In this document: positions 1 to 8,312 of the stretch, in pieces
Numbering within the stretch: the stretch's first letter is position 1
Layout of the letters: each line of letters opens with the position of its first letter
DNA from: an uncultured SAR86 cluster bacterium
GTDB taxonomy: Bacteria; Pseudomonadota; Gammaproteobacteria; Magnimaribacterales; TMED112
Length of the DNA: 64,000 nt
Direction: 5' to 3'
NCBI GenBank assembly: GCA_902585315.1
Contig: CACIDC010000002.1
Location: 37,789 to 101,788, forward strand
Made by a program: the position numbers and the translations under genes
Notes under the pieces: model-generated
Databases searched by the model: none
The model's input: only the letters and a program-made list of their open reading frames with translations
Told to the model about the DNA's origin: nothing

Positions 1-1
1 C

Positions 2-253
2 AAACAAATTGATGATGAAGTCAGATCAATAATTCAAACATGTTATGAGAAGGCAGGATCAATTCTTGCCTCAAATCTTGATAAATTACACAACATGGCA
101 GATGCATTATTGAAATACGAAACTATAGATCAAGATCAAATATCAGATATAATGGCAGGCGCACTTCCAAGAGATAAAAGTGATGATAATGATCAAGATA
201 AAACAAATAAAACAAAAGTCTCAAGTTCCTCAAAACCTATCCAAGGAACATAA
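2..253 (+). CDS. ftsH: ATP-dependent zinc metalloprotease FtsH, C-terminal fragment (5' part outside window)
   Basis: The frame is open to the window edge and translates KQIDDEVRSIIQTCYEKAGSILASNLDKLHNMADALLKYETIDQDQISDIMAG, the conserved FtsH C-terminal helical region. Stop TAA at 251-253. It sits in the conserved position upstream of glmM. Confidence 0.8.
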   Translation, partial: KQIDDEVRSIIQTCYEKAGSILASNLDKLHNMADALLKYETIDQDQISDIMAGALPRDKSDDNDQDKTNKTKVSSSSKPIQGT

Positions 254-1564
254 ATGAAATTCGGCACTGACGGATTCAGAGGTCCGGCTGATAGTGTAAT
301 AACGCCTGATTTTTGTCTAAGGCTTGGATTTCATACTGGCGCAGTAATTAAAGAGAAAGGGTACGATTCTGTAATAATTGGTAAAGATACAAGGGTTTCT
401 GGCTACATGCTCGAGGCAGCTTTAGAAGCAGGTTTTATTTCAGCAGGCATCGATGTAAAACTAGCAGGCCCAATACCAACGCCAGCAGTATCGTTTCTTA
501 CAGCTACTTATGCTGGACAATTTGGTGTTGTTATCAGTGCAAGTCATAATCCGTATTACGACAATGGTATTAAGTTCTTCAACAGACACGGCAGAAAAAT
601 TTCAGCAGACCTTGAGCAAGAGATCGAAAAGCGACTTGAAACTCCAAATGAACCTGTTAAAGCCAAACATCTAGGCAAAGCTTTTAGGATAGATAGTGCC
701 TCAGGAAGATATGTAGAATATTGTAAAAGTACTTTGAAAGGAAATTACAGCCTACAGAATAAAACTATTCTCATTGATGCAGCTAATGGAGCAAACTATA
801 AAATTACGCCCATGTTACTAAGGGAGCTAGGTGCCAAGACAATTAATATAAATTGTGATCCTGATGGTTTCAACATCAACTTTGATAGTGCTGTGTTAAA
901 GCAAGAACTATTCGCAGAATATGCAAAAAATTATGAGTTTGATTATTGTGTAGCAGTTGACGGGGACGGAGACAGACTAGTTCTATCTGATGCTAAAGGC
1001 ACAATTTTTACTGGTGATGACATTTTATATACCTTGGCCTCAAGAAATAAGATGATTGGTAAAGAGCAGTCAGATTCAGTCATTGGAACAACAATGTCTA
1101 ACCAGGGTGTGGTGGAAGCACTTGGCAATCTAGGAATAAGTTTTTTAAGAACAGATGTTGGAGACAAATATATTTCTAGAGAATTAGTAAAGCGTGATTT
1201 AAATGTTGGTGCAGAGCCATCAGGCCACATTATTCAAAGAGAGTTTTCAGAGAGTGGCGATGCAAACATTGCATTAATTCAAACTTTAGCTGCACTTCAG
1301 GAACTCGACACCACTATCGAAGAAATAAAGAAGAACATAAATTACAAACCTCTGAGTTTAAGAAATTTCTTCGTTGCTGATAAAAAAGTTATCGAATCAC
1401 AAATATTTATCGAAAGCATAGAAAAACTCCAAAAAAATTATCCTGATGCAAGAATTTCTGTGAGGAAATCAGGCACTGAGCCAATCATAAGAGCTATGGT
1501 AGAGGCAGAAACTGAGAATGACAAAGATTCTATTCTCAATGAAATTGAAAGCTTAATTTTGTAA
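254..1564 (+). CDS. glmM: phosphoglucosamine mutase
   Basis: 436-aa ORF with FGTDGFRG at the N-terminus, the phosphoserine loop SASHNPYYDNGIKFF, FDGDGDR-like VDGDGDRL, and RKSGTEPIIRAMVE. Sits in the ftsH-glmM-tpiA-secG neighbourhood. Confidence 0.95.
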   Translation: MKFGTDGFRGPADSVITPDFCLRLGFHTGAVIKEKGYDSVIIGKDTRVSGYMLEAALEAGFISAGIDVKLAGPIPTPAVSFLTATYAGQFGVVISASHNPYYDNGIKFFNRHGRKISADLEQEIEKRLETPNEPVKAKHLGKAFRIDSASGRYVEYCKSTLKGNYSLQNKTILIDAANGANYKITPMLLRELGAKTININCDPDGFNINFDSAVLKQELFAEYAKNYEFDYCVAVDGDGDRLVLSDAKGTIFTGDDILYTLASRNKMIGKEQSDSVIGTTMSNQGVVEALGNLGISFLRTDVGDKYISRELVKRDLNVGAEPSGHIIQREFSESGDANIALIQTLAALQELDTTIEEIKKNINYKPLSLRNFFVADKKVIESQIFIESIEKLQKNYPDARISVRKSGTEPIIRAMVEAETENDKDSILNEIESLIL

Positions 1565-2256
1565 TGTCAAAGCTAGTAATCGCAAATTTTAAAATGAATG
1601 GGTCAAAAGAGTTCATTGAAAACTGGGCAAAAGATTTTCATGAAGAAAAAGAATCAAATAAAACAATAATAGTAGCGCTTCCATCTCTATATTTATCAAA
1701 TTTTAAAGACAGTAATTTCAATTTGGCAGGTCAAAATGTTTCAAATCAATCATCCGGAGCTTTCACATCGCAACTCTCTGCGCAAATGTTAAAAGATTGT
1801 GGTGCAGAATATTGTTTAATAGGCCATTCTGAAGCAAGACAGTATTTAATGGAAACTAATGAAAATATTAAACAAAAATTTGATCAACTTGCTCAAGAAT
1901 CAATTCAACAAGTATTATGCATTGGAGAACCACTTGAGATTAAAGAAGCTTCAAAAACAACGGATTATCTCTTAGAGCAGTTAGAATTGTTAAGCTCTGA
2001 TCAGGAAAATATAATCATTGCTTATGAACCAATTTGGGCTATAGGAACAGGCTTGACTCCGGAAATAGAGGATATCCAATTGGCAGTTGATTGCATAAGA
2101 GGCAGATTTAATAAATCAATTAAGGTTCTTTACGGTGGAAGTGTGAACTCCTCAAACGCTGCTAATATTTCTGCGAAAACAGATATTGATGGCCTTTTAG
2201 TAGGTGGGGCTTCTCTAAACCCCAAAGAATTTGCTAAGATAGCGCAATTATGTTGA
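1564..2256 (+). CDS. tpiA: triosephosphate isomerase
   Basis: 230-aa ORF with TIM motifs ANFKMNG (Lys), IGHSEAR (His) and AYEPIWAIGTG (Glu). Its ATG overlaps the glmM stop (TAATG). Confidence 0.93.
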   Translation: MSKLVIANFKMNGSKEFIENWAKDFHEEKESNKTIIVALPSLYLSNFKDSNFNLAGQNVSNQSSGAFTSQLSAQMLKDCGAEYCLIGHSEARQYLMETNENIKQKFDQLAQESIQQVLCIGEPLEIKEASKTTDYLLEQLELLSSDQENIIIAYEPIWAIGTGLTPEIEDIQLAVDCIRGRFNKSIKVLYGGSVNSSNAANISAKTDIDGLLVGGASLNPKEFAKIAQLC

Positions 2257-2537
2257 TCAAGATTCTGTTAGTAATTTTAGCTGTCATGATTGTTGGCTCA
2301 ATTATGTTGCAACAAGGTAAAGGATCAGACTTAGGGTCTGCGTTTGGCGGTGGAAGCTCAGATTCTTTATTTGGTCCGCTTGGGCCTTCAAACTTTTTCT
2401 CAAAATTAACTTGGGGCCTCATAACAGTTTTTTTTATTCTTTGCTTATTGCTTGCATATATATCAAAACAAGAACTTACATTAAATGTTAGTGAAGATTT
2501 GATTGAAGAAGTATTTGATGAACCACCTGTAGAATAA
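2250..2537 (+). CDS. secG: preprotein translocase subunit SecG
   Basis: 95 aa with two TM helices flanking LQQGKGSDLGSAFGGGSSDSLFG, the SecG signature loop. Confidence 0.9.
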   Translation: MLIKILLVILAVMIVGSIMLQQGKGSDLGSAFGGGSSDSLFGPLGPSNFFSKLTWGLITVFFILCLLLAYISKQELTLNVSEDLIEEVFDEPPVE

Positions 2538-2538
2538 A

Positions 2539-2624
2539 TGGTGCCGAAGGAGGGACTTGAACCCTCACAAGCATTGCTTACTACCCCCTCAAGATAGCGC
2601 GTCTACCAATTCCGCCACTTCGGC
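2539..2624 (-). tRNA. leuU: tRNA-Leu (anticodon GAG), CCA encoded
   Basis: The reverse complement reads GCCGAAGTGGCGGAATTGGTAGACGCGCTATCTTGAGGGGGTAGTAAGCAATGCTTGTGAGGGTTCAAGTCCCTCCTTCGGCACCA. It has a 7-bp acceptor stem, anticodon stem CTATC/GGTAG with loop TTGAGGG, and a long variable arm. It is very close to E. coli leuU. Confidence 0.93.
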
Positions 2625-2643
2625 AAAGTTTGAGAAAGAATAA

Positions 2644-2673
2644 ATTATAGTCTATAAATATTGACCATTCTAA
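2644..2673 (-). promoter_or_regulatory. putative promoter for the inverted tRNA-Leu
   Basis: On the minus strand there is a perfect TATAAT (2649-2644) 19 nt upstream of the tRNA 5' end. A weak -35 TTAGAA (2673-2668) lies at 18-nt spacing. By eye only. Confidence 0.3.
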
Positions 2674-2689
2674 GTCTTTTAACTATCCT
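2661..2689 (+). promoter_or_regulatory. putative sigma70 promoter for tRNA-fMet/rimP-nusA-infB operon
   Basis: -35 TTGACC (2661-2666), a 17-nt spacer, then -10 TATCCT (2684-2689). This places the transcription start a few nt before the tRNA 5' end at 2700. Confidence 0.45.
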
Positions 2690-2699
2690 TTAACGTCAC

Positions 2700-2776
<77 letters not shown>

Positions 2777-2782
2777 ATTACG

Positions 2783-3259
2783 ATGATAAAGAGAGATATT
2801 GAGGCCTTTTTAACTCCAATAATTGAGGAAACAGGATGCGAACTCTGGGGAATAGAGTTTGGCTCTGCAAAAGGAAAAGGGCGTTTATTAAGAATATATA
2901 TTGATGCAATTCATGGAGTTGATATTAATGATTGCACAAAGGTGAGCAGAGAAATTGATTATTATTTTCAACACGAATCAATTTTTTCAGAATTTGCCTT
3001 TTTTGAAGTTTCATCTCCTGGATTGGATAGAAAACTATTTAATCAAAAACAATATAAAAAATTTGTTGGAGATGTAGTATCATTATCACTCTTCTCTAAG
3101 GTGAACAACCTTAGAAAATTAAAGGGCACTCTCCTAGAAGTTTTGGATTCAGAAATTTCTGTCAAAACAGAAGGAGAAACCTTATTGCTTGAATTAAGCA
3201 ATATAGAAGTATGTAAACTTGATTTAGATGATCAAATAGAGAAAAAAAAGAATGAATAA
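2783..3259 (+). CDS. rimP: ribosome maturation factor RimP
   Basis: The ORF-track start at 2750 lies inside the tRNA, so I used the internal ATG at 2783 (MIKRDIEAFLTPIIEETGCELWGIEF...). RimP-like LLRIYID...GVDINDCTKVSREI. Sits in the conserved metY-rimP-nusA order. Confidence 0.88.
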   Translation: MIKRDIEAFLTPIIEETGCELWGIEFGSAKGKGRLLRIYIDAIHGVDINDCTKVSREIDYYFQHESIFSEFAFFEVSSPGLDRKLFNQKQYKKFVGDVVSLSLFSKVNNLRKLKGTLLEVLDSEISVKTEGETLLLELSNIEVCKLDLDDQIEKKKNE

Positions 3260-4715
3260 ACAGATTTTAGATGTTGTAGCTTCAGTCTCTATGGAGAAAG
3301 GAGTAGATAAAACAATAATATTTCAGGCGCTTGAAGAAGCAATTGCTAGTGCAACTAAAAAATTAGTTGATGATGAAGCGAATATTGATGTTGTTATAGA
3401 CACAACTACAGGTGAATACAAAACATATAGAAAGTGGGATATCGTAAAAGAGATTGATGAAAGTGAAGTATTTCAAGTATTAGAATCAGATCTTGATGGA
3501 TACGAAGTTGATGAAGCTACAGCAAGTAAAGAAATTGAGAATATAGATTTTGGAAGAATTTCAGCACAAGCAGCAAAACAAGTAATAATTCAAAAAGTAA
3601 GAGAAGCTGAAAGAAGCAAAATAACAAAAAAATATGAAAATTTGGTAGGTGAAGTAATATCTGGCCAAGTAAAAAGGATTAATAGAGATTTTTTATTGCT
3701 TGAAATTGAAGAAGATCTCAATGCTCAAATACCTAGAGATCAGATAATACCAGGTGAAATTTTTAAATTAAACGACCGAGTAAGAGCAGTAATTAAAGAG
3801 ATTGTAAGCACACCCAGAGGTCCACAAATAATTTTAAGCAGAACAGATGAAAGATTAGTGGTTCAGCTTTTTACCCAAGAAGTGCCAGAAATCTCTGAAG
3901 GAACAATAGAAATAAAAGCAATCGCAAGAGACCCAGGCTATAGATCAAAAATTGCCGTAAAAACATATGATGGTCGAATCGATCCAGTCGGAGCATGTGT
4001 CGGAATGAGAGGATCAAGAGTTCAAGCTGTTTCAAATGAGATTGGCAATGAAAGAATAGACATATTTATACATAGCGATAATCCAGCTGAATTTGTGGTT
4101 AACTGTTTAGCCCCAGTAAAAATATACTCAATACTTGTTGATGAAAGAACTTCGACACTAATTCTAGAAGTCGAAGAAGAAAATCAAGCGCAAATTATTG
4201 GAAAGAACGGTCAAAACTTAAGACTAATGACACATATGATTGGTTGGTCATTTCAGGTTTTAAATAAAGAACAGTTTAAAGAATATCAAGACACAAGTTT
4301 AATCGAGAAATATGATGGATTAGCTAAAAGATTAGACCTTAGTGACAAAGAAAAAGAGGGGATTGTTTCCAAAGAATTAGATAGTTTAGAAAAAATTGTC
4401 GACCTTGATTTAAAAATACTTGCTGAGATTTTTGGAAATGAAAAAAGGACTACTGAACTATTAGATAAAGCGAATGAACTTCTTCTTCAAGACGCATTTA
4501 ATGCAGATTTTAATGATCCGAATATGGAAGAGGATTTAGTTAATTTGAATGGAATAACCAATGAAGTGTTAAGTGCATTAAGCTCAAACAATATAAAAAA
4601 ACTTGAAGATTTAGCAGAGATGTCTGTTGGAGAGTTGCAAGATATTTCAGATACAATTTCTGAAAAAGAAGCTTCAGCTCTTATAATGGAGGCTAGAAAG
4701 CCATGGTTTGAGTAG
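3252..4715 (+). CDS. nusA: transcription termination/antitermination factor NusA
   Basis: 487 aa with an N-terminal NusA domain, an S1 domain (GEVISGQVKRINRD), KH domains (DPVGACVGMRGSRVQAVSNEIGNERIDI) and a C-terminal acidic repeat region. Confidence 0.95.
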   Translation: MNKQILDVVASVSMEKGVDKTIIFQALEEAIASATKKLVDDEANIDVVIDTTTGEYKTYRKWDIVKEIDESEVFQVLESDLDGYEVDEATASKEIENIDFGRISAQAAKQVIIQKVREAERSKITKKYENLVGEVISGQVKRINRDFLLLEIEEDLNAQIPRDQIIPGEIFKLNDRVRAVIKEIVSTPRGPQIILSRTDERLVVQLFTQEVPEISEGTIEIKAIARDPGYRSKIAVKTYDGRIDPVGACVGMRGSRVQAVSNEIGNERIDIFIHSDNPAEFVVNCLAPVKIYSILVDERTSTLILEVEEENQAQIIGKNGQNLRLMTHMIGWSFQVLNKEQFKEYQDTSLIEKYDGLAKRLDLSDKEKEGIVSKELDSLEKIVDLDLKILAEIFGNEKRTTELLDKANELLLQDAFNADFNDPNMEEDLVNLNGITNEVLSALSSNNIKKLEDLAEMSVGELQDISDTISEKEASALIMEARKPWFE

Positions 4716-4728
4716 GAGATAGCGATTA

Positions 4729-6816
4729 ATGGATATATCTGTAAAAAAACTTTCTGAAATTTTAAAGATAGACCCTAACGCTCTTCTGGAGAAAATGATC
4801 GCTGCAGGTCTCCCTCAAAAAGACATAGAAGACACAGTATCTACCGAAGATAAACAAACATTACTATCTTACATAAGAAGCTCAAAAGATTCTCCCGTCC
4901 AAGAAAAGAAAGTAGAAGTCCCCAAAGAACTTTCACCCAAAAAAGAAGCAAAAACTAAAATAGAAGAAAAACCTAAAAAAGAGGAAAAAAAAGAAGAAAA
5001 ACCTCAACCTATTCAAGAAAATATTGCATCTACCGAAACTAAAGAAAAATCAAAAAAATCGGTAAATATTAACGGATCAATTAGAGTTAATGATCTTGCT
5101 AGAAAATTAGGAAAAAGAGGAAATGAGGTTGTAAAAAAACTTGTAGAGCTCGGGGAGATGGCTTCTTTAAATGATGAAGTTGATCAAGAAACAGCAGTCT
5201 TAGTCTCTGAAGAGTTTGGGTTTGAAGTTAAGTTTGAAGAAGAACAACAGCTAACAGAAGAAGTTGCTGATTACCCAAAAATTGAAAGCAATTATATAGA
5301 CGTTAAAAGCCCACAAAATAGACATTCTGTTGTAACAGTTATGGGTCATGTTGATCATGGCAAAACATCACTTCTTGATGCAATTAAATCTACCAACGTA
5401 GTTGATGGTGAGTCAGGTGGAATTACTCAACACATTGCAGCTTATGAGGTAAAAACAAAGTCTGGAAAGATTACTTTTATTGATACTCCGGGTCATGAAG
5501 CTTTCACAGCCATGAGGGCAAGAGGTGCTAACACAACCGACATTGTCATATTAGTTGTTGCAGCAAATGATAGTGTTAAACCTCAAACAATTGAGGCTAT
5601 AACACACGCAAAAGCGGCAGAAGTTCCAATCATTGTTGCTATTAATAAAATTGATTTAGAAGCTGCAGATATCGACAAAGTTAAGGGCGATTTAGCTAAA
5701 TATGAACTTGTCCCAGAAGATTGGGGAGGAAAAAATCAGATGATTCCTGTTTCAGCAATATCAAAAGAAGGCATTGACTTGCTTTTGGATGCAATTGAAC
5801 TTGAATCTGAATTACTTGAACTCAAAGCACCAGTAAAAGGATTAGCAGCTGGTGTTATATTGGAATCTGAGCTAGATAGATTCAAAGGTCCTTTAGGAAC
5901 ATTTTTGGTGCAAAAAGGAGTCCTAAAGGTAGGAGATATCATTGTTGCTGCAGAGAAAAAAGGAAAGATAAAATCATTAATCAATAGTTCAGGTGAAGCA
6001 ATAAAAGAAGCTGGACCCTCAACTCCAGTAGAAGTACTGGGTCTTGAAGATTGTGTAGCTGCTGGAGAAGTTTTTAACGTTGTGGCATCCGAAAAAGATG
6101 CTCGCAATATTATTGATCAAAGAAATGCATTTTTAAAAGAACGAGCGGATAAGAATGTTATGACTTCACAATCTGCCTTCGATCTTTTAGATCAGGAAAA
6201 AATTAACAAATTAAGAATAATTATTAAATCTGATGTGGCGGGAACCAATGAAGCAATTAATGCATCATTATTAAAAATTGGTAATGAGGAAGTAGACGTT
6301 GATATTGTAAGTTCAGGAGTTGGAGGTATAACAGAATCCGATGTAAATCTAGCAATAACTACAGGTGCAAGAATTTTTGGTTTTAATGTTCGATCAGATA
6401 ATAAAGCAAAAAAATTGTTAGAAGAACAGGGTATAGAGGTAAATTACTATAGTGTGATATATGATTTAATTGAAGATACCAAAAGATTACTATCAGGCCT
6501 ACTAAAACCGATTTACTCGGAAAAAATACTTGGTTTAGCAGAAGTTAAGGAAGTATTTAAGTCACCAGAGTTTGGTTTAGTAGCTGGTTGCATGGTCACA
6601 GAAGGACTTGTCAGAAGAGAAAAGCATGTGCGTGTATTGAGAGATAATGTTGTAATTCACGAAGGGGAACTGGATTCACTTCGCAGGTTCAAAGACGATG
6701 TTAAAGAAGTAAATAATGGCACCGAATGCGGAATTGGCATAAAAAATTATTTAGATATAAAACCAGGTGATTTAATCGAAAATTTTGAGCAAAAAGAAGA
6801 AAAGAGATCACTTTAA
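4729..6816 (+). CDS. infB: translation initiation factor IF-2
   Basis: 695 aa. G-domain motifs GHVDHGKTSLLD, DTPGHEAF and NKID. Lys/Glu-rich N-terminal linker. Conserved nusA-infB-rbfA order. Confidence 0.96.
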   Translation: MDISVKKLSEILKIDPNALLEKMIAAGLPQKDIEDTVSTEDKQTLLSYIRSSKDSPVQEKKVEVPKELSPKKEAKTKIEEKPKKEEKKEEKPQPIQENIASTETKEKSKKSVNINGSIRVNDLARKLGKRGNEVVKKLVELGEMASLNDEVDQETAVLVSEEFGFEVKFEEEQQLTEEVADYPKIESNYIDVKSPQNRHSVVTVMGHVDHGKTSLLDAIKSTNVVDGESGGITQHIAAYEVKTKSGKITFIDTPGHEAFTAMRARGANTTDIVILVVAANDSVKPQTIEAITHAKAAEVPIIVAINKIDLEAADIDKVKGDLAKYELVPEDWGGKNQMIPVSAISKEGIDLLLDAIELESELLELKAPVKGLAAGVILESELDRFKGPLGTFLVQKGVLKVGDIIVAAEKKGKIKSLINSSGEAIKEAGPSTPVEVLGLEDCVAAGEVFNVVASEKDARNIIDQRNAFLKERADKNVMTSQSAFDLLDQEKINKLRIIIKSDVAGTNEAINASLLKIGNEEVDVDIVSSGVGGITESDVNLAITTGARIFGFNVRSDNKAKKLLEEQGIEVNYYSVIYDLIEDTKRLLSGLLKPIYSEKILGLAEVKEVFKSPEFGLVAGCMVTEGLVRREKHVRVLRDNVVIHEGELDSLRRFKDDVKEVNNGTECGIGIKNYLDIKPGDLIENFEQKEEKRSL

Positions 6817-6819
6817 TTA

Positions 6820-7155
6820 ATGGAAAAAGACAGAATAGTTAGGATAAATGATAACCTAAAGAAAGAAATTGCCTTTTTTATACAAAATTCAAGCCTCAGA
6901 GAGAATTGTGGTTTTTTAAGTATCAACCACGTTGACACCTCACGAGATTTATCAGGAGCAAAAGTATTTTTTTCCACAATAAATTCTCAATTATCAAACA
7001 AAGATCTTCAGAAGTTTCTAAACGAAAATTCTTGGAAAATTAGAAAAGGTTTATCAGACATTCTTCCTTTAAAAAAAGTTCCTGAGTTAAGGTTCATTTA
7101 TGATGATCACATTGATAATGTAAGAAAGATTGATGATCTAATTGAGAAATTATAA
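6820..7155 (+). CDS. rbfA: ribosome-binding factor A
   Basis: 111 aa with size, position and an RbfA-like pattern (RINDNLKKEIAFFI..., PELRFIYD). Confidence 0.85.
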   Translation: MEKDRIVRINDNLKKEIAFFIQNSSLRENCGFLSINHVDTSRDLSGAKVFFSTINSQLSNKDLQKFLNENSWKIRKGLSDILPLKKVPELRFIYDDHIDNVRKIDDLIEKL

Positions 7156-7157
7156 TC

Positions 7158-8054
7158 ATGAGTATTTTGCTACTAAATAAAGAAAAGGATATGACATCCT
7201 TTTCTGCAGTAAAACAAGCACAGAAAGAGTTGGGTTTCAAAAAAGCAGGGCATGGGGGAACTCTTGACCCTTTAGCAACTGGCGTTTTACCAATTTTTTT
7301 TGAACAATCTACAAAGTTCCTGCAATTTTTTAATTCTGAAACCAAGGAGTATATTGCTGATTTCATATTTGGCATAAGCTCAAATACAGAGGATATAACA
7401 GGTATATTAACTTATGAGAAAATAAATAAAGAACCAAAAGAAATCGAAATTAAAAGAGCTTTAAAAAAATTTGAGGGTATTACTGAACAACTTCCACCTA
7501 AGTTTTCTGCTAAAAAGATAAATGGAGTTCAAATGTATAAACTGGCAAGAAAAGGACAGGATTTCAATCGAACACCTCAAAAGATAAATATTTATAATAT
7601 TGAACTCCTTGGATATGAGTATCCAAGATTTCAGATAAAAGTTTCGTGTAGCAAAGGAACATACATTAGAACTCTAGGTGTTGATATTGGAAAATCGCTC
7701 GATCAATCGGTTTCGATGTGTGAATTGAAAAGAACAAAATTTGGTTCACTTGGCTTACATGAATCTGTCACATTAACTGAGTTAAAAAATTTGGACAAAC
7801 AAGAAAAAATGCAGTATGTTAGGCGGGTTGAAGAAATTTTAATAGATATCCCACAGGTAGAAATAAGATCTTCTGAAGTAACGAAATTTCAAAATGGGTG
7901 CCAAATTAAGGCAAGGGAAATAGAAGATACCGGAAAACATTTTATTTTTAACAAGAAAGAACTATTGGGATTAGGTATAGTGGACGAAAATTTTATGATT
8001 AATCCACTAAAGGTTTTAACGAAAGGAGAAAAAATTAGAAATGAGCTTAAGTAA
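7158..8054 (+). CDS. truB: tRNA pseudouridine(55) synthase TruB
   Basis: 298 aa with KEKDMTSF...KAGHGGTLDPLATGVLPI, which contains the catalytic Asp motif. Confidence 0.93.
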   Translation: MSILLLNKEKDMTSFSAVKQAQKELGFKKAGHGGTLDPLATGVLPIFFEQSTKFLQFFNSETKEYIADFIFGISSNTEDITGILTYEKINKEPKEIEIKRALKKFEGITEQLPPKFSAKKINGVQMYKLARKGQDFNRTPQKINIYNIELLGYEYPRFQIKVSCSKGTYIRTLGVDIGKSLDQSVSMCELKRTKFGSLGLHESVTLTELKNLDKQEKMQYVRRVEEILIDIPQVEIRSSEVTKFQNGCQIKAREIEDTGKHFIFNKKELLGLGIVDENFMINPLKVLTKGEKIRNELK

Positions 8055-8310
8055 AGAACAAACTGAAGCAGTAATTAAAAAATTTGGAAAATCAGAAACA
8101 GATACAGGTTCTGCAGCTGTGCAAATTGCTTTATTAACAAAACGAATAGAAGAATTGCAGAGTCATTTTAAAGAGCACAAAAAAGATAACCATTCCAGAA
8201 CTGGATTATTACAAATCGTAAGTGATAGAAAAAAACTTTTATCTTATCTGAAAAAGTCTGATTCAGCTGCTTATCAAAAGCTTGTAAAAGAATTAAATCT
8301 GAGAGACTAA
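8041..8310 (+). CDS. rpsO: 30S ribosomal protein S15
   Basis: 89 aa with TGSAAVQIALLTKRIEELQSHFKEHKKDNHSRTGLL, typical of S15. Overlaps the truB 3' end by 14 nt. Confidence 0.95.
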   Translation: MSLSKEQTEAVIKKFGKSETDTGSAAVQIALLTKRIEELQSHFKEHKKDNHSRTGLLQIVSDRKKLLSYLKKSDSAAYQKLVKELNLRD

Positions 8311-8312
8311 CT

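Noticed and set aside
943-1230. Antisense or alternate-frame ORFs inside well-supported genes. Examples are 943-1230(-), 5736-6107(-), 9455-9712(-), 14402-14668(-), 41852-42265(-), 42676-43074(-), 43647-43919(+), 48250-48708(-) and 62279-62614(-).
   Set aside because: Each lies wholly within a strongly motif-supported CDS on the opposite strand or in another frame. Their compositions are low-complexity (Ser/Pro/Thr/Ala-rich), typical of shadow ORFs, and none has a start context of its own.
4900-5060. Lys/Glu-rich low-complexity stretch (KKEAKTKIEEKPKKEEKKEEKP).
   Set aside because: This is the normal variable N-terminal linker of IF-2, not a separate feature.
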